Source of the DNA: an uncultured delta proteobacterium
GTDB taxonomy: Bacteria > Myxococcota_A > Polyangia > Polyangiales > Polyangiaceae
Length of the DNA: 64,000 nt
NCBI GenBank assembly: GCA_963806225.1
Contig: CAWDXG010000004.1
Coordinates: 2,880,001 to 2,944,000 of the forward strand
Reading direction: 5' to 3'
Position 1 is the first letter of the stretch. Each line of letters begins with the position of its first letter. Made by a program: the position numbers and the translations under genes. Of the stretch, positions 9,773 to 19,320 are shown piece by piece. The notes below the pieces were generated by a model. The model was not told the DNA's origin. It was given only the letters and a program-made list of their open reading frames with translations, and did not search any database.

Positions 9773-12340
9773 TCACGGTCCAGGTCGAGAAGAAGTCGCT
9801 GCCGCGGGACCGGATGCGTCCGCCGTCGGAGGCTCGCCGCCATCCGCTTCCGCGGCGGAGCTGTTCTGGGCCGTGAAGACGCCGTCGCCGTCCACGTCGA
9901 CAAACACGGGGTTGGTGAACGCGAAGGGCAGCCTGCGCATGCCGGGCAATACCTCATCCATGGGGCGGTCGCCGCGCACGACCGCCAGGACGAAGGCATC
10001 CCGCGGCAGGGAAAGCTCGCCGGACCAGTCGATGCGGGTCACTCCGCCGCCCTTGGCGAGGGGTACATCGGCTGCGTGCTCGCCGTTGACGATGATCCCG
10101 GCGCGGCTCACGTCGATCCACGAGGCGGCGCGGACGCGGAGGCCCACCCGCACCTTGCCGTCGCTCGCCTCCACCTGCGAGCCCGGGCCGGCGCCCTGGA
10201 CGCGGAGCTCGACGAAGGGGCCGGTCGTCACCATGGCCCGATGGGCGCGCAGCGCATCGGCGACGGCACCGGGTGTCACGTCGGCGGGGCGGTCGTCGTC
10301 GAGCTCCACGTAGGTGCGTGGATAGCCGGCCCATTGGTAGACGAGCTTGTGCGAGTCGGAATTGCCGACACCGGTGTAGACGAGCCCGAGGTTCATGAGC
10401 GCGTACCAGTCGCGGAGGTTGTGCTCGACGACCTGCAGGCGTGACCGCGCAAAGCCGTTGAAGATCTCGATCGAGTCGAAGTCGAAGGAGAAGCCCGCAC
10501 GCCCGGCCTTGCCGTTCGTCGGATCCAGCTTTCCGAGCGTGAAGTACGCGATGTCGCGGTCGAGCCGCGGGTGATTGACCTGGATGATGGCGCGCGGTGC
10601 GCGCGTCCGCACGCTCTGGAAAATGTGATCAGGCGTGATGTCGGCATACGGCGGCGGGTCGCCGAGCGGATACGGGAAGGCGTTGAAGTGTCCCCAGCTC
10701 GCCGTGGTGATCTCCACGCCCTCGGTGAAGCCGAAGTGCGGACGTGCGTGCAACGCGGTGACCGCGGGGCCATAGTCGGTAACGTGGTTGTGGTCCGTGG
10801 CCACCGCGAACTCGATACCTTCGGCCATGAGGGCGATCACGCGATCGTGCAACGGCACGTCCGAGTCGGCGCTGGGTGCGGCGTGCACGTGGAAATCGGA
10901 CGGGAGCCAGCGTGGTGTCTCCACCTCGTGCCGGAGCGTCGCGCGTAGCGTGGCGCCGGAAAGCTCCGTCACGTCGATCTTGCTTTCGGCGAGTGAATAC
11001 TCGATGCCATGGGTGAACAGCACGCGGTAACGCCCCGGTGGGAGCTCGAGCTCGCCACGTCCGTCGGGCGTGTAGGCGACCATGCCGGCGCCGGACGCGA
11101 GCTGGGGCGGGCCGAAGGACGGGTCGGACGTGGGCGGCAGGCCGCGGACCACGATGCGCGCGGGCAGCGGTGCGTTCTGGGTGTCGGTGACGCGATAGGT
11201 CAGCGTACGTGCCTTCGGCACGATCATGCGCGGCTCGGCGGGCGGCGCCCCGGCGAGGACGTGGACCGGCTCGGTGTCCGTACCGCCCGGCGCGCGCAGT
11301 ACGAGGCGGTAGTCGCCAGCTGGCAGCGCAAGCGAGAAACGCCCGTCATGCCGGGCTTCCACCAGGAGCATGGAGCGTCCCTGCGCGTCGAGCGCCTCCA
11401 GCGTGGCCCAACGTGGCACTGGATCGAGCCGCCCAGCGATGTGCCCGATGCGCCGCCCGGCTACGGACCACGCCACCTCCGCTGCCTGCGAGACGCCGCC
11501 CGGCACCACGATAAAACGGCGGCGGTGCACGAGCTTTTCGCCGGGGGCGAGATCTCTGGACCGGGATAGCGCCGTCTCCTCGTCCGGTCCGTGCAGGCCG
11601 ACGCCGAAGTGAAGATCAAGCGGTCCGTCGGGCGATGCCAGCGCGTAGGAGAGCTTGTGACCGCGCCGCGCGAACCAGGGCGCGCGCACGTCGGCTGCCT
11701 GGTCCATGTAGCCGGGGCCCGGCACGAATGGCGGTCGCCCCGGCCAGTGCGAGCGGTCTCCGACGGCCACGGCGCGAAGAGGCTTCTTGCCGCGGTTCAC
11801 CACGCTGGTCTCGAGATCGACCCAGGGTTGGCCTGACGCAACCGAGACGCGCGTCCGCACATCGAGTGCCGGACGGTCGCTGTGCTGAACGATGCGGAGC
11901 GCCGGACGTCCGTCGTGCTCGATCGCTTCGACGCGTCGGACGGCGAGCGGGACCGGCCGGTCGCCGGCGCGCGCGACGATCTCCAGCGCACCGAGATCGT
12001 CGTCCGGAAAACGGCGGGTGGTCAGGTCGAGGAGCTTGCCGGCGAGCAGCCGCCGCTCGGCGCTCGCATGGCCGTCTACGCCAACGACCAGCCGCACGCG
12101 GTTCGACTCCAGCAGGAAATCCCCCGGCCGCCCCTGGACGCGCGGCGCGAAGGGCAGCTCCCGCCGCCCGAGCTCGTGCAGCCGGACGCCGCCCTTGCTC
12201 ACGTCGAGTGGGCCACGCGGCGCGCGTCCTGGGCAGGCCGCAACCGCTAGCACGAGCAGCGACGACAACGCGATCACTTGGACGGGGTAGCGTCGCGCCA
12301 ACCGCACCAGCGCTCCCCCCGGTCGCCCTCGCTCGTTCAT
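9773..12340 (-). CDS. CehA/McbA-family (PHP-like) metallohydrolase lipoprotein
   Basis: 855 aa; lipobox-like AVAAC; metal motifs DFHVH, TDHNH, GVEIT..WGHFN, NHPR, GNSDSH; preceded by beta-sandwich domains. Confidence 0.85.
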   Translation of the reverse strand: MNERGRPGGALVRLARRYPVQVIALSSLLVLAVAACPGRAPRGPLDVSKGGVRLHELGRRELPFAPRVQGRPGDFLLESNRVRLVVGVDGHASAERRLLAGKLLDLTTRRFPDDDLGALEIVARAGDRPVPLAVRRVEAIEHDGRPALRIVQHSDRPALDVRTRVSVASGQPWVDLETSVVNRGKKPLRAVAVGDRSHWPGRPPFVPGPGYMDQAADVRAPWFARRGHKLSYALASPDGPLDLHFGVGLHGPDEETALSRSRDLAPGEKLVHRRRFIVVPGGVSQAAEVAWSVAGRRIGHIAGRLDPVPRWATLEALDAQGRSMLLVEARHDGRFSLALPAGDYRLVLRAPGGTDTEPVHVLAGAPPAEPRMIVPKARTLTYRVTDTQNAPLPARIVVRGLPPTSDPSFGPPQLASGAGMVAYTPDGRGELELPPGRYRVLFTHGIEYSLAESKIDVTELSGATLRATLRHEVETPRWLPSDFHVHAAPSADSDVPLHDRVIALMAEGIEFAVATDHNHVTDYGPAVTALHARPHFGFTEGVEITTASWGHFNAFPYPLGDPPPYADITPDHIFQSVRTRAPRAIIQVNHPRLDRDIAYFTLGKLDPTNGKAGRAGFSFDFDSIEIFNGFARSRLQVVEHNLRDWYALMNLGLVYTGVGNSDSHKLVYQWAGYPRTYVELDDDRPADVTPGAVADALRAHRAMVTTGPFVELRVQGAGPGSQVEASDGKVRVGLRVRAASWIDVSRAGIIVNGEHAADVPLAKGGGVTRIDWSGELSLPRDAFVLAVVRGDRPMDEVLPGMRRLPFAFTNPVFVDVDGDGVFTAQNSSAAEADGGEPPTADASGPAAATSSRPGP

Positions 12341-12586
12341 TTCGTCGAAGCGTAGTCCAACAAGCCCGGATCCGCCCGCGGCGCGTCACCGACTCGCGCT
12401 CGCCGGACATTTCGGGCTACCCGGTGGTCGGAGGTGGGGTGTTCCTGTTGCACGTCGCAGGCGGGGTGGAGCCGCCGCCGGTGCCGGGGAACGCAGCACC
12501 ATTGACTGCATGGTCCTGATGGAGCGACGTTGACCGGTGGGAAGGGGCTTTATTGTGGCACGACGACTGACGACCTGGGTTTGTGG

Positions 12587-13020
12587 ATGGACGTTGCCGT
12601 TGCCGCGCTAGCGCTCGCGGCCGGGTGCAGCGGCAACGTGAACAGGATCAGGCTCTTGTTGGATGGGGGCGGAGCAGGGGGCAGCGGCGGAACGGGAAGC
12701 GGCGTCAGCCCCATCAGTCAACAGGCCGTCGACAAGGTCGACATGCTTTTCATGGTCGACAACTCCATCTCCATGGCGGACAAGCAGCAGATCCTGACGA
12801 GCGCAGTTCCGCAGCTCGTCGATCGGCCAACGGCGCGCAGGTGAAGGGGGACTTCGTGAACGAGGTCACGGCCGCCGGCGAGCGGGGCTGCGGCTTCGAG
12901 TCGTCGCTCGAGGCGTGGTACCGCTTCCTGGTGGATCCGGCGCCGCCGGCGAACGTCAAGGTCACGAACAACGTCTCGGCGCCCGACGGCGTCGACCAGG
13001 AAGTGCTGACCGAGCGCAAG
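12587..13020 (+). pseudogene. Fragments of a myxobacterial vWA-like lipoprotein
   Basis: VDKVDMLFMVDNSISMADKQQILTSAVPQLVDR and, in another frame, GERGCGFESSLEAWYRFLVDP; both are segments of a long myxobacterial lipoprotein family, here internally deleted and truncated. Confidence 0.6.
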
Positions 13021-13069
13021 TCTGGAGCGTTGGGTCGCTCCATCGAGGCTCTCTCGAGCCGTTCCGCCG

Positions 13070-13522
13070 TCACTTCCAGCCGTCGAACTTCATCTCGAGC
13101 TTCAGCGCAGCCAGCGACTGGTTGACCTCCAGGAGGAACGCCACGAGCGACACCGTCAGCGCGATCATGCTCAGAATGAACAGCATACCGATCACCACGG
13201 CGAGCTCGAGGTCGAACAGAGCCGCGCAGAAGATCGTGACGATGAGCAGCACGTCGCAAAGAGCGCTCGAGGCGATCATGATGATGGCGATGCGGATCGC
13301 GCGCGCTCGTCGCGACAGGATCGAAAGCTGGGTGATGATGCCCGCGCGCGACGCGTCATGTGCGTTCAGCAACTCGTCGCCGAGCAGCCTCGAGCGATCG
13401 ATGACGCGGCCGAAGCGGTTGGTCATGGTGAGCAAGAGCAGCCCCACGCCCGAAATAAGGATTACGGGGCCGATCGCGGTCTGCAACACCGGGATCAGCG
13501 TCTGTACCGTCGCGTTTCGCAT
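13070..13522 (-). CDS. DUF2721-like membrane protein
   Basis: 150 aa; IGPVILISGVGLLLLTMTNRFGRVIDRSR motif and three hydrophobic helices. Confidence 0.8.
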   Translation of the reverse strand: MRNATVQTLIPVLQTAIGPVILISGVGLLLLTMTNRFGRVIDRSRLLGDELLNAHDASRAGIITQLSILSRRARAIRIAIIMIASSALCDVLLIVTIFCAALFDLELAVVIGMLFILSMIALTVSLVAFLLEVNQSLAALKLEMKFDGWK

Positions 13523-13745
13523 CGGTTCCGGTACTGTAAGGCGGTTCTTGCACCACGGCAGGGCGGCGCAGCGGCGTGCACCGCGGCCCAGCTCGCCGCC
13601 TGGCGCGCGTCACCTGCTATTCGGCCGCTGCCGGCGTGATGCGCGGCGGATCGTCGGCGAGTGAAACGTGCGCTGACGAGTTCGAGCAGTCCAAGGACAG
13701 GAGATCAGACTACATTCCGGCACGGAACCTCCGGGTCCGGACCGC

Positions 13746-13793
13746 GGCTTCTCGCTCCACGCCGCCACCACCGCCAGCGCCGGCGACGGCCGC
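13746..13793 (+). mobile_element. IS91-family transposase micro-remnant
   Basis: Encodes GFSLHAATTASAGDGR, nearly the same peptide as GFSLHAATTASASD in the IS91 remnant at 57560-58070. Confidence 0.6.
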
Positions 13794-14219
13794 CACCCGG
13801 CCGCTCACCTGCGTGGGGCCCCCGGCCAGGCGTGAGCTTGCTCACCGAGCCTTGGAGCTTCGAGGGAGCACCCGCCACAGGACGAGGCAAACGACCACAC
13901 ATACGGCCGCCGCAAAGCCCGCCTTGGGTAGGGGGCGCCACGACACAATCCGGGAAACCAGACCTGCGGCAAACAATCCGCCGATCGCGATCACAACGCT
14001 CCGGACCTTGGAATCCAACTCCGCTCCCTATGCCTGGAGAATAGCGCGGAGGAGGGCCAGCACAATCCCCCGACCGCGTCCCCGCGAGTGGCCGACGCCG
14101 TAGCACAGCCCAGCAAAGACGCCGAGGTGCCTGCGTTCTGCGCTCGGACGACTGCTCGACGTTGTCGATGTCCCAATGCCAGGGCAATCCGGATTGTTAC
14201 TGGGATTCCGATCCCACTC

Positions 14220-14440
14220 ACTGCTACGACAGCACCAACATTACCGTTGAGCGTGCCCCGGTTGACCCAGTAGACGCTGGTGGAGTCGACGGCGAGGGTC
14301 GTGGGCTGGGCCTGCGCGGTTGCGAGTTGGTTGCCCGGTCCCCCGCTGCGTGGGACTTCCTGCACGACGCCGTCGCCCGCACCGCTCTGGTCGTCCAGCC
14401 AGTAGACGCTGGTGGCGTCGGTAGCGATCTGCTCTGGCTT
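14220..14440 (-). pseudogene. Fragment of a beta-propeller repeat protein
   Basis: IATDATSVYWLD...LAVDSTSVYWVN repeats with no credible start or end. Confidence 0.5.
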
Positions 14441-14523
14441 CTGACAGGCTGGTGGAAGGGCGTAGCGACCGCGCAACGCTTGGCTCGCGGTCGTCGTGGC
14501 GATACTCTCGGAGGCGAGGCTCG

Positions 14524-15933
14524 ATGGGATTGTCTGCGCATCGACGACGGCTGTCGACGCTGGCGGCGACTGCTCTGCTTTCCGGCATGACGGCGTGCGG
14601 GAGCGGGGGTTCATCGAAGACCCCGGCCTCGGGAGGAAGCAGCGGCGATGCCGGGCAGGCAGGAAGCGGCGGCAGCTCCGGTCAGGGGGGGAACGGCGGC
14701 CAGGCGGGGAGCGATGCCGGCGGGAGCGGCGGAACGGGCGGCGGCTGCACAGCCGCGGGCCCGGTGACCTACACCTACGCCCTGGGCGCGCCGCTCGACG
14801 GCCACACGGTGATTTTCCAGAACGCCGACGGAAGCGTCGCATCTTCAGCCACGACCGACGCCGCCGGAAAGGCGACCGGCACGCTGCCGTGTGACGGGCT
14901 CGTCACGTTGGCGCTGGGCGATACGCTGCTCTGGACGCTGGAAGCGGAACCCGGCGACGACATCGTGCTGAAGGACTCTCCGGCAGACCTCACGGGCGTC
15001 GGCGACATGAAGCTCGACGTGGCGCAGGGTTTCCCAGGCGCCGCGATGTACACCGTCGGCTGCGCCGGTCCCGCCACGGATCTGCCGGACCTCACCGTCA
15101 ATCCGCAGTTCCCGATCCGCAAGGTCTGCCTGAACCCGGCCGGGAAGTTCCACGAGCTCGCTGTGGCGGTCGACGCGACCTATCATCCACTGGCCTTCTC
15201 GTTCGTGAAGGACATCACGCCAGCAGCAGCGCCGGCTCTCACGACGGTGACTCTGCCCATCCCGTGGCGGACCGACTTGGCGACACTGGAAGCGGACCTT
15301 TCCGGCCTGCCGCCGGCCATGACCGGCATGAGCGTCACCGCGCGGCCTTGGCTGGACGGTCTCACCTACTTCCCGAGCACGACGAACGCCGTCGTGAAGA
15401 ACGGCGCGGGCAGCGCGACGGCGAAGTATCCGCCTGACTTCGGCTCGATGCTCCAGTACACGGTGATCACCGGCAACCTGCAGAGCGAGGTCCGCCTGCA
15501 TCGACGCGTGGCCACCCCTCCGGCAACGCTGTCGCTCACGGGAACCGACTTCCCGCCGGCCTTGTCCAACGCCACGCTCGACAAGAGCGATCCGGCCCGA
15601 CCGGTTGCCAGCTGGCAGGGCGACACCTCCGCGGCGGACGGCGTCACGGTCTTTCTGACCTACCAGGTCGGAACTACCACGGTGTCGTGGAACGCCGCGG
15701 TCCGCCCAGGAGACAGCTCGTTCCGCTTCCCTGAGCTACCGGCATCCATCTCCGCCCCGGCGCCGTCGGCGGCGGCGATCTTCAGCGAGCTGGACGCTTC
15801 CACGCTCGAATCGAGCACGATTGCCGGCTTCGCCGATTTCCGCCAGAACCACTTCATCTTCGCGTCGAGCTATTACGTGCTGCCGAAGCTCGCCGACGTG
15901 GCGGCATCGATGACGCGAACCTCTTCGCCATAG
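14524..15933 (+). CDS. Hypothetical lipoprotein with Gly/Ser-rich linker
   Basis: MGLSAHRRRLSTLAATALLSGMTAC lipobox, GGS linker, beta-rich body, strong GC3 bias. Confidence 0.8.
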   Translation: MGLSAHRRRLSTLAATALLSGMTACGSGGSSKTPASGGSSGDAGQAGSGGSSGQGGNGGQAGSDAGGSGGTGGGCTAAGPVTYTYALGAPLDGHTVIFQNADGSVASSATTDAAGKATGTLPCDGLVTLALGDTLLWTLEAEPGDDIVLKDSPADLTGVGDMKLDVAQGFPGAAMYTVGCAGPATDLPDLTVNPQFPIRKVCLNPAGKFHELAVAVDATYHPLAFSFVKDITPAAAPALTTVTLPIPWRTDLATLEADLSGLPPAMTGMSVTARPWLDGLTYFPSTTNAVVKNGAGSATAKYPPDFGSMLQYTVITGNLQSEVRLHRRVATPPATLSLTGTDFPPALSNATLDKSDPARPVASWQGDTSAADGVTVFLTYQVGTTTVSWNAAVRPGDSSFRFPELPASISAPAPSAAAIFSELDASTLESSTIAGFADFRQNHFIFASSYYVLPKLADVAASMTRTSSP

Positions 15934-16188
15934 CCGCCCCTGCTCGCATCGCGGCGCTGGCTTCCCGACGAACCGCCTTCCATAGTGCATGCGGTGGGAG
16001 CTGCGATCGCCATATGGTCGCTGCTTCCGCGAAGTCGTCCGGGTTGTTCGCCGGCCATATTGAAGGGCCCGCGCTGCGCTCGAACGCGCTACCCTTCCGG
16101 ACGGGGGCTGGATTGCCTACGTTTCGAGCACGCACGGCGCACAACCCCAGGCTTGCGGGTGCGACGAGGGCGCCAGGAGCGTGACCGA

Positions 16189-16884
16189 TTGGAACACGAC
16201 GAACACACGGCGGTGCCAGGCGGGTTGGCTCATGACCAGCCCGAGACCGTGAAGGCCCTAAAACCCTATCTTCATGCCCGTCACTACAAAGCCGGTCAGG
16301 TTCTGTGGACCGAGGGCGAGGTCTCGGGCCGGATGGTGTTGCTGGTGCGCGGAAGGGTGAAGGTGGTGCGGGTGTTGTCCGACGGCTCGTCGGTCCTGCT
16401 CTACGTGTTTTCGGCGGGCGACGTGTTCGGCTTTCTTCCGTTTGTCGACGGCGGGCCGTATCCGGCGACGGCGATCGCCGTGGATGAGGTCGACGCGCGC
16501 GTCATGTCCCGCTCCGAGCTGCGCGAGGCGATTCATCGGGACCCCCAGGTGGCCATGGTGCTGCTCGGGGCGCTGGGCAAGCGACTGCGCCAGGCCTTCG
16601 GCCGTGTGGGGGACCAGGCGCAGCGCAGCTCGCTGGCGCGTGTGGCGGCGGCGCTGTCGCTGTTGCTTGCCGAAGGGGGAAGCTCGAACCCCGCCACAAT
16701 CATCGACGTTCCGTCACCGATTCACGACTTTGCCGCTGATGTCGGGATGACCCCCGAGACCTTCTCTCGAGCCGTCACCCAGCTGGTCGAGTCGGGGGTG
16801 CTGCAACGGCTCGCCGTTCCGCAGCTGCAGGTGCTGGATGCGAAACGCCTGCGCCAGATTGCCTCGGGACAGAGCGACAAGTAG
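16189..16884 (+). CDS. Crp/Fnr-family transcriptional regulator (start uncertain)
   Basis: cNMP-like domain (GQVLWTEGE...GRVKV...GDVFG) and HTH (ADVGMTPETFSR) with the FNR-type E-x-x-S-R recognition helix; no FNR Cys cluster, no CooA heme His. An RBS-linked GTG at 16181 is out of frame, so a 5' frameshift is possible. Confidence 0.85.
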   Translation: MEHDEHTAVPGGLAHDQPETVKALKPYLHARHYKAGQVLWTEGEVSGRMVLLVRGRVKVVRVLSDGSSVLLYVFSAGDVFGFLPFVDGGPYPATAIAVDEVDARVMSRSELREAIHRDPQVAMVLLGALGKRLRQAFGRVGDQAQRSSLARVAAALSLLLAEGGSSNPATIIDVPSPIHDFAADVGMTPETFSRAVTQLVESGVLQRLAVPQLQVLDAKRLRQIASGQSDK

Positions 16885-16909
16885 GCGAACGCGAGCAAAA
16901 CGTCGTGTA

Positions 16910-16924
16910 TTGATCCCGGATCAA
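16910..16924. promoter_or_regulatory. FNR-type box upstream of the fmdE-like operon
   Basis: TTGATCCCGGATCAA = TTGAT-N5-ATCAA; one C fewer in the CCC run gives the canonical TTGAT-N4-ATCAA. Confidence 0.6.
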
Positions 16925-17000
16925 GGACTTGAGCCCCGGTGTCCTTACCCTGTGATCGTGACCGCCGACGAATGGCGGAAACGAGAACGCGAACCAAAGG

Positions 17001-17642
17001 ATGCACGGCATGATCGATCCGAAGGACTACCTGGCGGCGGGGCAGCAGCTCCACGGCCACAAATGCCCGGCGATGCCGCTGGGACTCAGGGCGGGCGCAG
17101 CCGCCATGAACAAGTTGGGGGTGGAGCGGGCCAAGGACGGCCAGCTCGTGGCCCTGCTGGAGCTTGGCGAGGGGCACTGCGCCCACTGTTTCGCCGACGG
17201 CATCCAGATGATCACCGGCTGCACCTTCGGCAAGGGCAACATCCAGCAGCTCGGCTACGGGAAGTTCGGGTTGACCCTGGTGGACCGGGCGACAGGGCGG
17301 GCGGTGCGAGTCGTTCCCAGAGCCGAGGTGCAGGGGGCGACGAAGCAGACGCCGTTCTTCAAGGAGTACCGCGAGAAGGGCATACCGGCGTCGCAGGTGC
17401 CCCCCGAGGTGGTCGAGCCGCTCATCGAGCAGGTGATGGAAGCTCCGGACGAGAAGATCCTCGCGATCGGCGACATCGAGACCCGGGAGCTGCCCAGGCG
17501 GGTGGAGGCGTTCGACTCCTTCGTCTGCGAGGAGTGCGGCGACATGGTCGTCGAGAAGTACGGTCGGGTCGTCGGCGATCGCAGGCTGTGCATCCCCTGC
17601 CAGCAGGGGCTTCTCGAGCAGAATAGCGCGCGCGCCCGGTGA
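17001..17642 (+). CDS. FmdE-family protein with C-terminal zinc finger
   Basis: LHGHKCPAMPLGLRAG, CFADGIQMITGCTFGKGN, CEECGD...CIPC. Confidence 0.88.
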   Translation: MHGMIDPKDYLAAGQQLHGHKCPAMPLGLRAGAAAMNKLGVERAKDGQLVALLELGEGHCAHCFADGIQMITGCTFGKGNIQQLGYGKFGLTLVDRATGRAVRVVPRAEVQGATKQTPFFKEYREKGIPASQVPPEVVEPLIEQVMEAPDEKILAIGDIETRELPRRVEAFDSFVCEECGDMVVEKYGRVVGDRRLCIPCQQGLLEQNSARAR

Positions 17643-17666
17643 TCGCGCAATAGCTGGCATCTGCCG

Positions 17667-18449
17667 ATGTGGCTCCTTCTGGCCGTCTGCATGTTCGCCG
17701 TCGCCCTGGTCTTCTCCATGCTGGGCCAGGGCGGAGGGGCGCTGTACACGCCGCTCCAGGTGTGGCTGGGAATCGACTTCCACGAGGCAGCTACCACGAG
17801 CCTGTTCCTCATCATGGTGACGTCGGTCGCGGCGTCGCTCGTGTTCCACAAGGCCAGGCGAATCGACTGGCCGCTGGCGCTGGTGCTCGAGTCGGTGACG
17901 GCCGCGGGCGGGTTCGTGGGCGGGCTGGGGTCGGGCCGCTTCTCGGGCGCGGCGCTGTCGCTCTTGTTCGCAGCGGTGATCGGCACCGCGTCGATCTTCA
18001 TGATCCGACCGATGAAACAGCGCGTTTCGGAGCGACGCGGCGGCCCGCTTTCCTGGAGACGAAAGCTGGGCGATCAGACCTATTCGGTGAACCTGGCGCT
18101 CGCCCTGCCCTTCTCGTTGCTCGCCGGCGCGCTCAGCGGAATGGTGGGCGTGGGCGGCGGCCTGATCAAGGTGCCGGTGATGGTGCTGATGCTGGGCATC
18201 CCGATGGACATCGCCGTCGGCTCGAGCGCGCTGATGGTCGGCCTGACGGCGGGCGGCGGCTTTGCCGGCCACCTTCTGCACGGCCACTGGAGCTGGGAGC
18301 TGTCGCTGGTTCTCGCGGTGGCCGTGTTCGTCGGCGGCCAGATCGGCAGCCGCCTCACCGTGAAGGTGGACAAGGCCAAGCTCAAGACGGGGTTCGGTTG
18401 GTTCCTGGTCGTCATCGCCGCAACCATGGCGTTCAAGGCGCTCGGGTAG
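17667..18449 (+). CDS. TauE/SafE (TSUP) family membrane transporter
   Basis: Duplicated motifs SMLGQGGGALYTP / GMVGVGGGLIKVP; about eight TM helices. Confidence 0.88.
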   Translation: MWLLLAVCMFAVALVFSMLGQGGGALYTPLQVWLGIDFHEAATTSLFLIMVTSVAASLVFHKARRIDWPLALVLESVTAAGGFVGGLGSGRFSGAALSLLFAAVIGTASIFMIRPMKQRVSERRGGPLSWRRKLGDQTYSVNLALALPFSLLAGALSGMVGVGGGLIKVPVMVLMLGIPMDIAVGSSALMVGLTAGGGFAGHLLHGHWSWELSLVLAVAVFVGGQIGSRLTVKVDKAKLKTGFGWFLVVIAATMAFKALG

Positions 18450-18470
18450 CGCCGTAGCGGAGCGCGATCG

Positions 18471-19214
18471 ATGAAGCGGATGCGCAAGCTGCGCGGGGGC
18501 CCGGGCCGCCCGATGCGTTGGCTGTTGGGCGTCCTGTGGGTGGCAGCGGTCGCGTTTTCACCTGCAGCCGCCCGCGCGCAGGAGGCGAGGCTCTACCTGC
18601 GGGGCGACGCCACGGTCTACCGCCTCGAGCGGGCGCCCTGGAAGCTGTCGCTCGGGCCGTTCCTCAAGAACGAGAGCCGGTTCCGCGAGCAGGGCCTGGT
18701 GCTGGAGAAGGTTTCCGTCGGGATGAAGGCGCAGCTCGTGCCGTGGCTTTCCGCCCAGGCGTACTACGCGCACAAGGACGTATTCAGCGCCCGGCATGCG
18801 CAGAAGCACATGGCCGTGGGCGATATCATCGTGGCGGCGAGCCCGGGCGCCTTTCGCTTGGCCGACCGGAGCGGGAATGAATGGCACGCAACCGATGGCT
18901 TCTACCGCTACCGCAATGACTTCGAGGTGCTGTGGCGCACCCCGGCGCATTGGCTGGCCGTCTGGGGCTCGGAGGAGCTCCGCGTGGATTCGGACCAGGA
19001 GCGAGTCAACCAGAACGATGTCGCGCTCGGCGTGCAGATTGCCCCGACTCGCGGCATGAGCCTCCGCCCCTTCTACGACATCGAGCACCTGCGCCGCGGC
19101 AAGCCCGGTTGGGTGAGGACGTGGTACGTGGGCCTTTCGGTTGTGTTTCGTGTCGGGAGCGACACCTCGGCGCTGTGCGTGGGGCTCCCGGCCGGGCTCC
19201 GTCCACGCGACTGA
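18471..19214 (+). CDS. Putative outer-membrane beta-barrel (DUF2490-like)
   Basis: Signal peptide ending AARA-Q; alternating amphipathic strands; YRYR and NQND motifs; WYVGLSVVF near the C-terminus. Confidence 0.6.
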   Translation: MKRMRKLRGGPGRPMRWLLGVLWVAAVAFSPAAARAQEARLYLRGDATVYRLERAPWKLSLGPFLKNESRFREQGLVLEKVSVGMKAQLVPWLSAQAYYAHKDVFSARHAQKHMAVGDIIVAASPGAFRLADRSGNEWHATDGFYRYRNDFEVLWRTPAHWLAVWGSEELRVDSDQERVNQNDVALGVQIAPTRGMSLRPFYDIEHLRRGKPGWVRTWYVGLSVVFRVGSDTSALCVGLPAGLRPRD

Positions 19215-19228
19215 TCGATCGCTAGCGC

Positions 19229-19242
19229 ATGACATCCGTCAT
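19229..19242. promoter_or_regulatory. Crp/Fnr-type palindrome upstream of korA
   Basis: ATGAC-ATCC-GTCAT, a 5-4-5 inverted repeat about 80 bp before the korA start. Confidence 0.45.
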
Positions 19243-19320
19243 CCGGCTGTCCACGACCGTCAGTGAAATGTCCGGCGTCACGCGACAGCGGGCTTCACAG
19301 GATTATGCTCCGCCGGGAAC

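Noticed and set aside
13830..14100. Small membrane-protein gene on the minus strand
   Set aside because: The hydrophobic frame has an internal TAG and no clear start; too weak to annotate.
16189..16884. Calling the Crp/Fnr protein CooA or FNR
   Set aside because: No heme-ligand His in the GDVFG segment, a recognition helix unlike CooA, and no FNR Cys cluster.
17001..17642. Formylmethanofuran dehydrogenase activity
   Set aside because: Only the FmdE-family accessory protein is present, without catalytic subunits.
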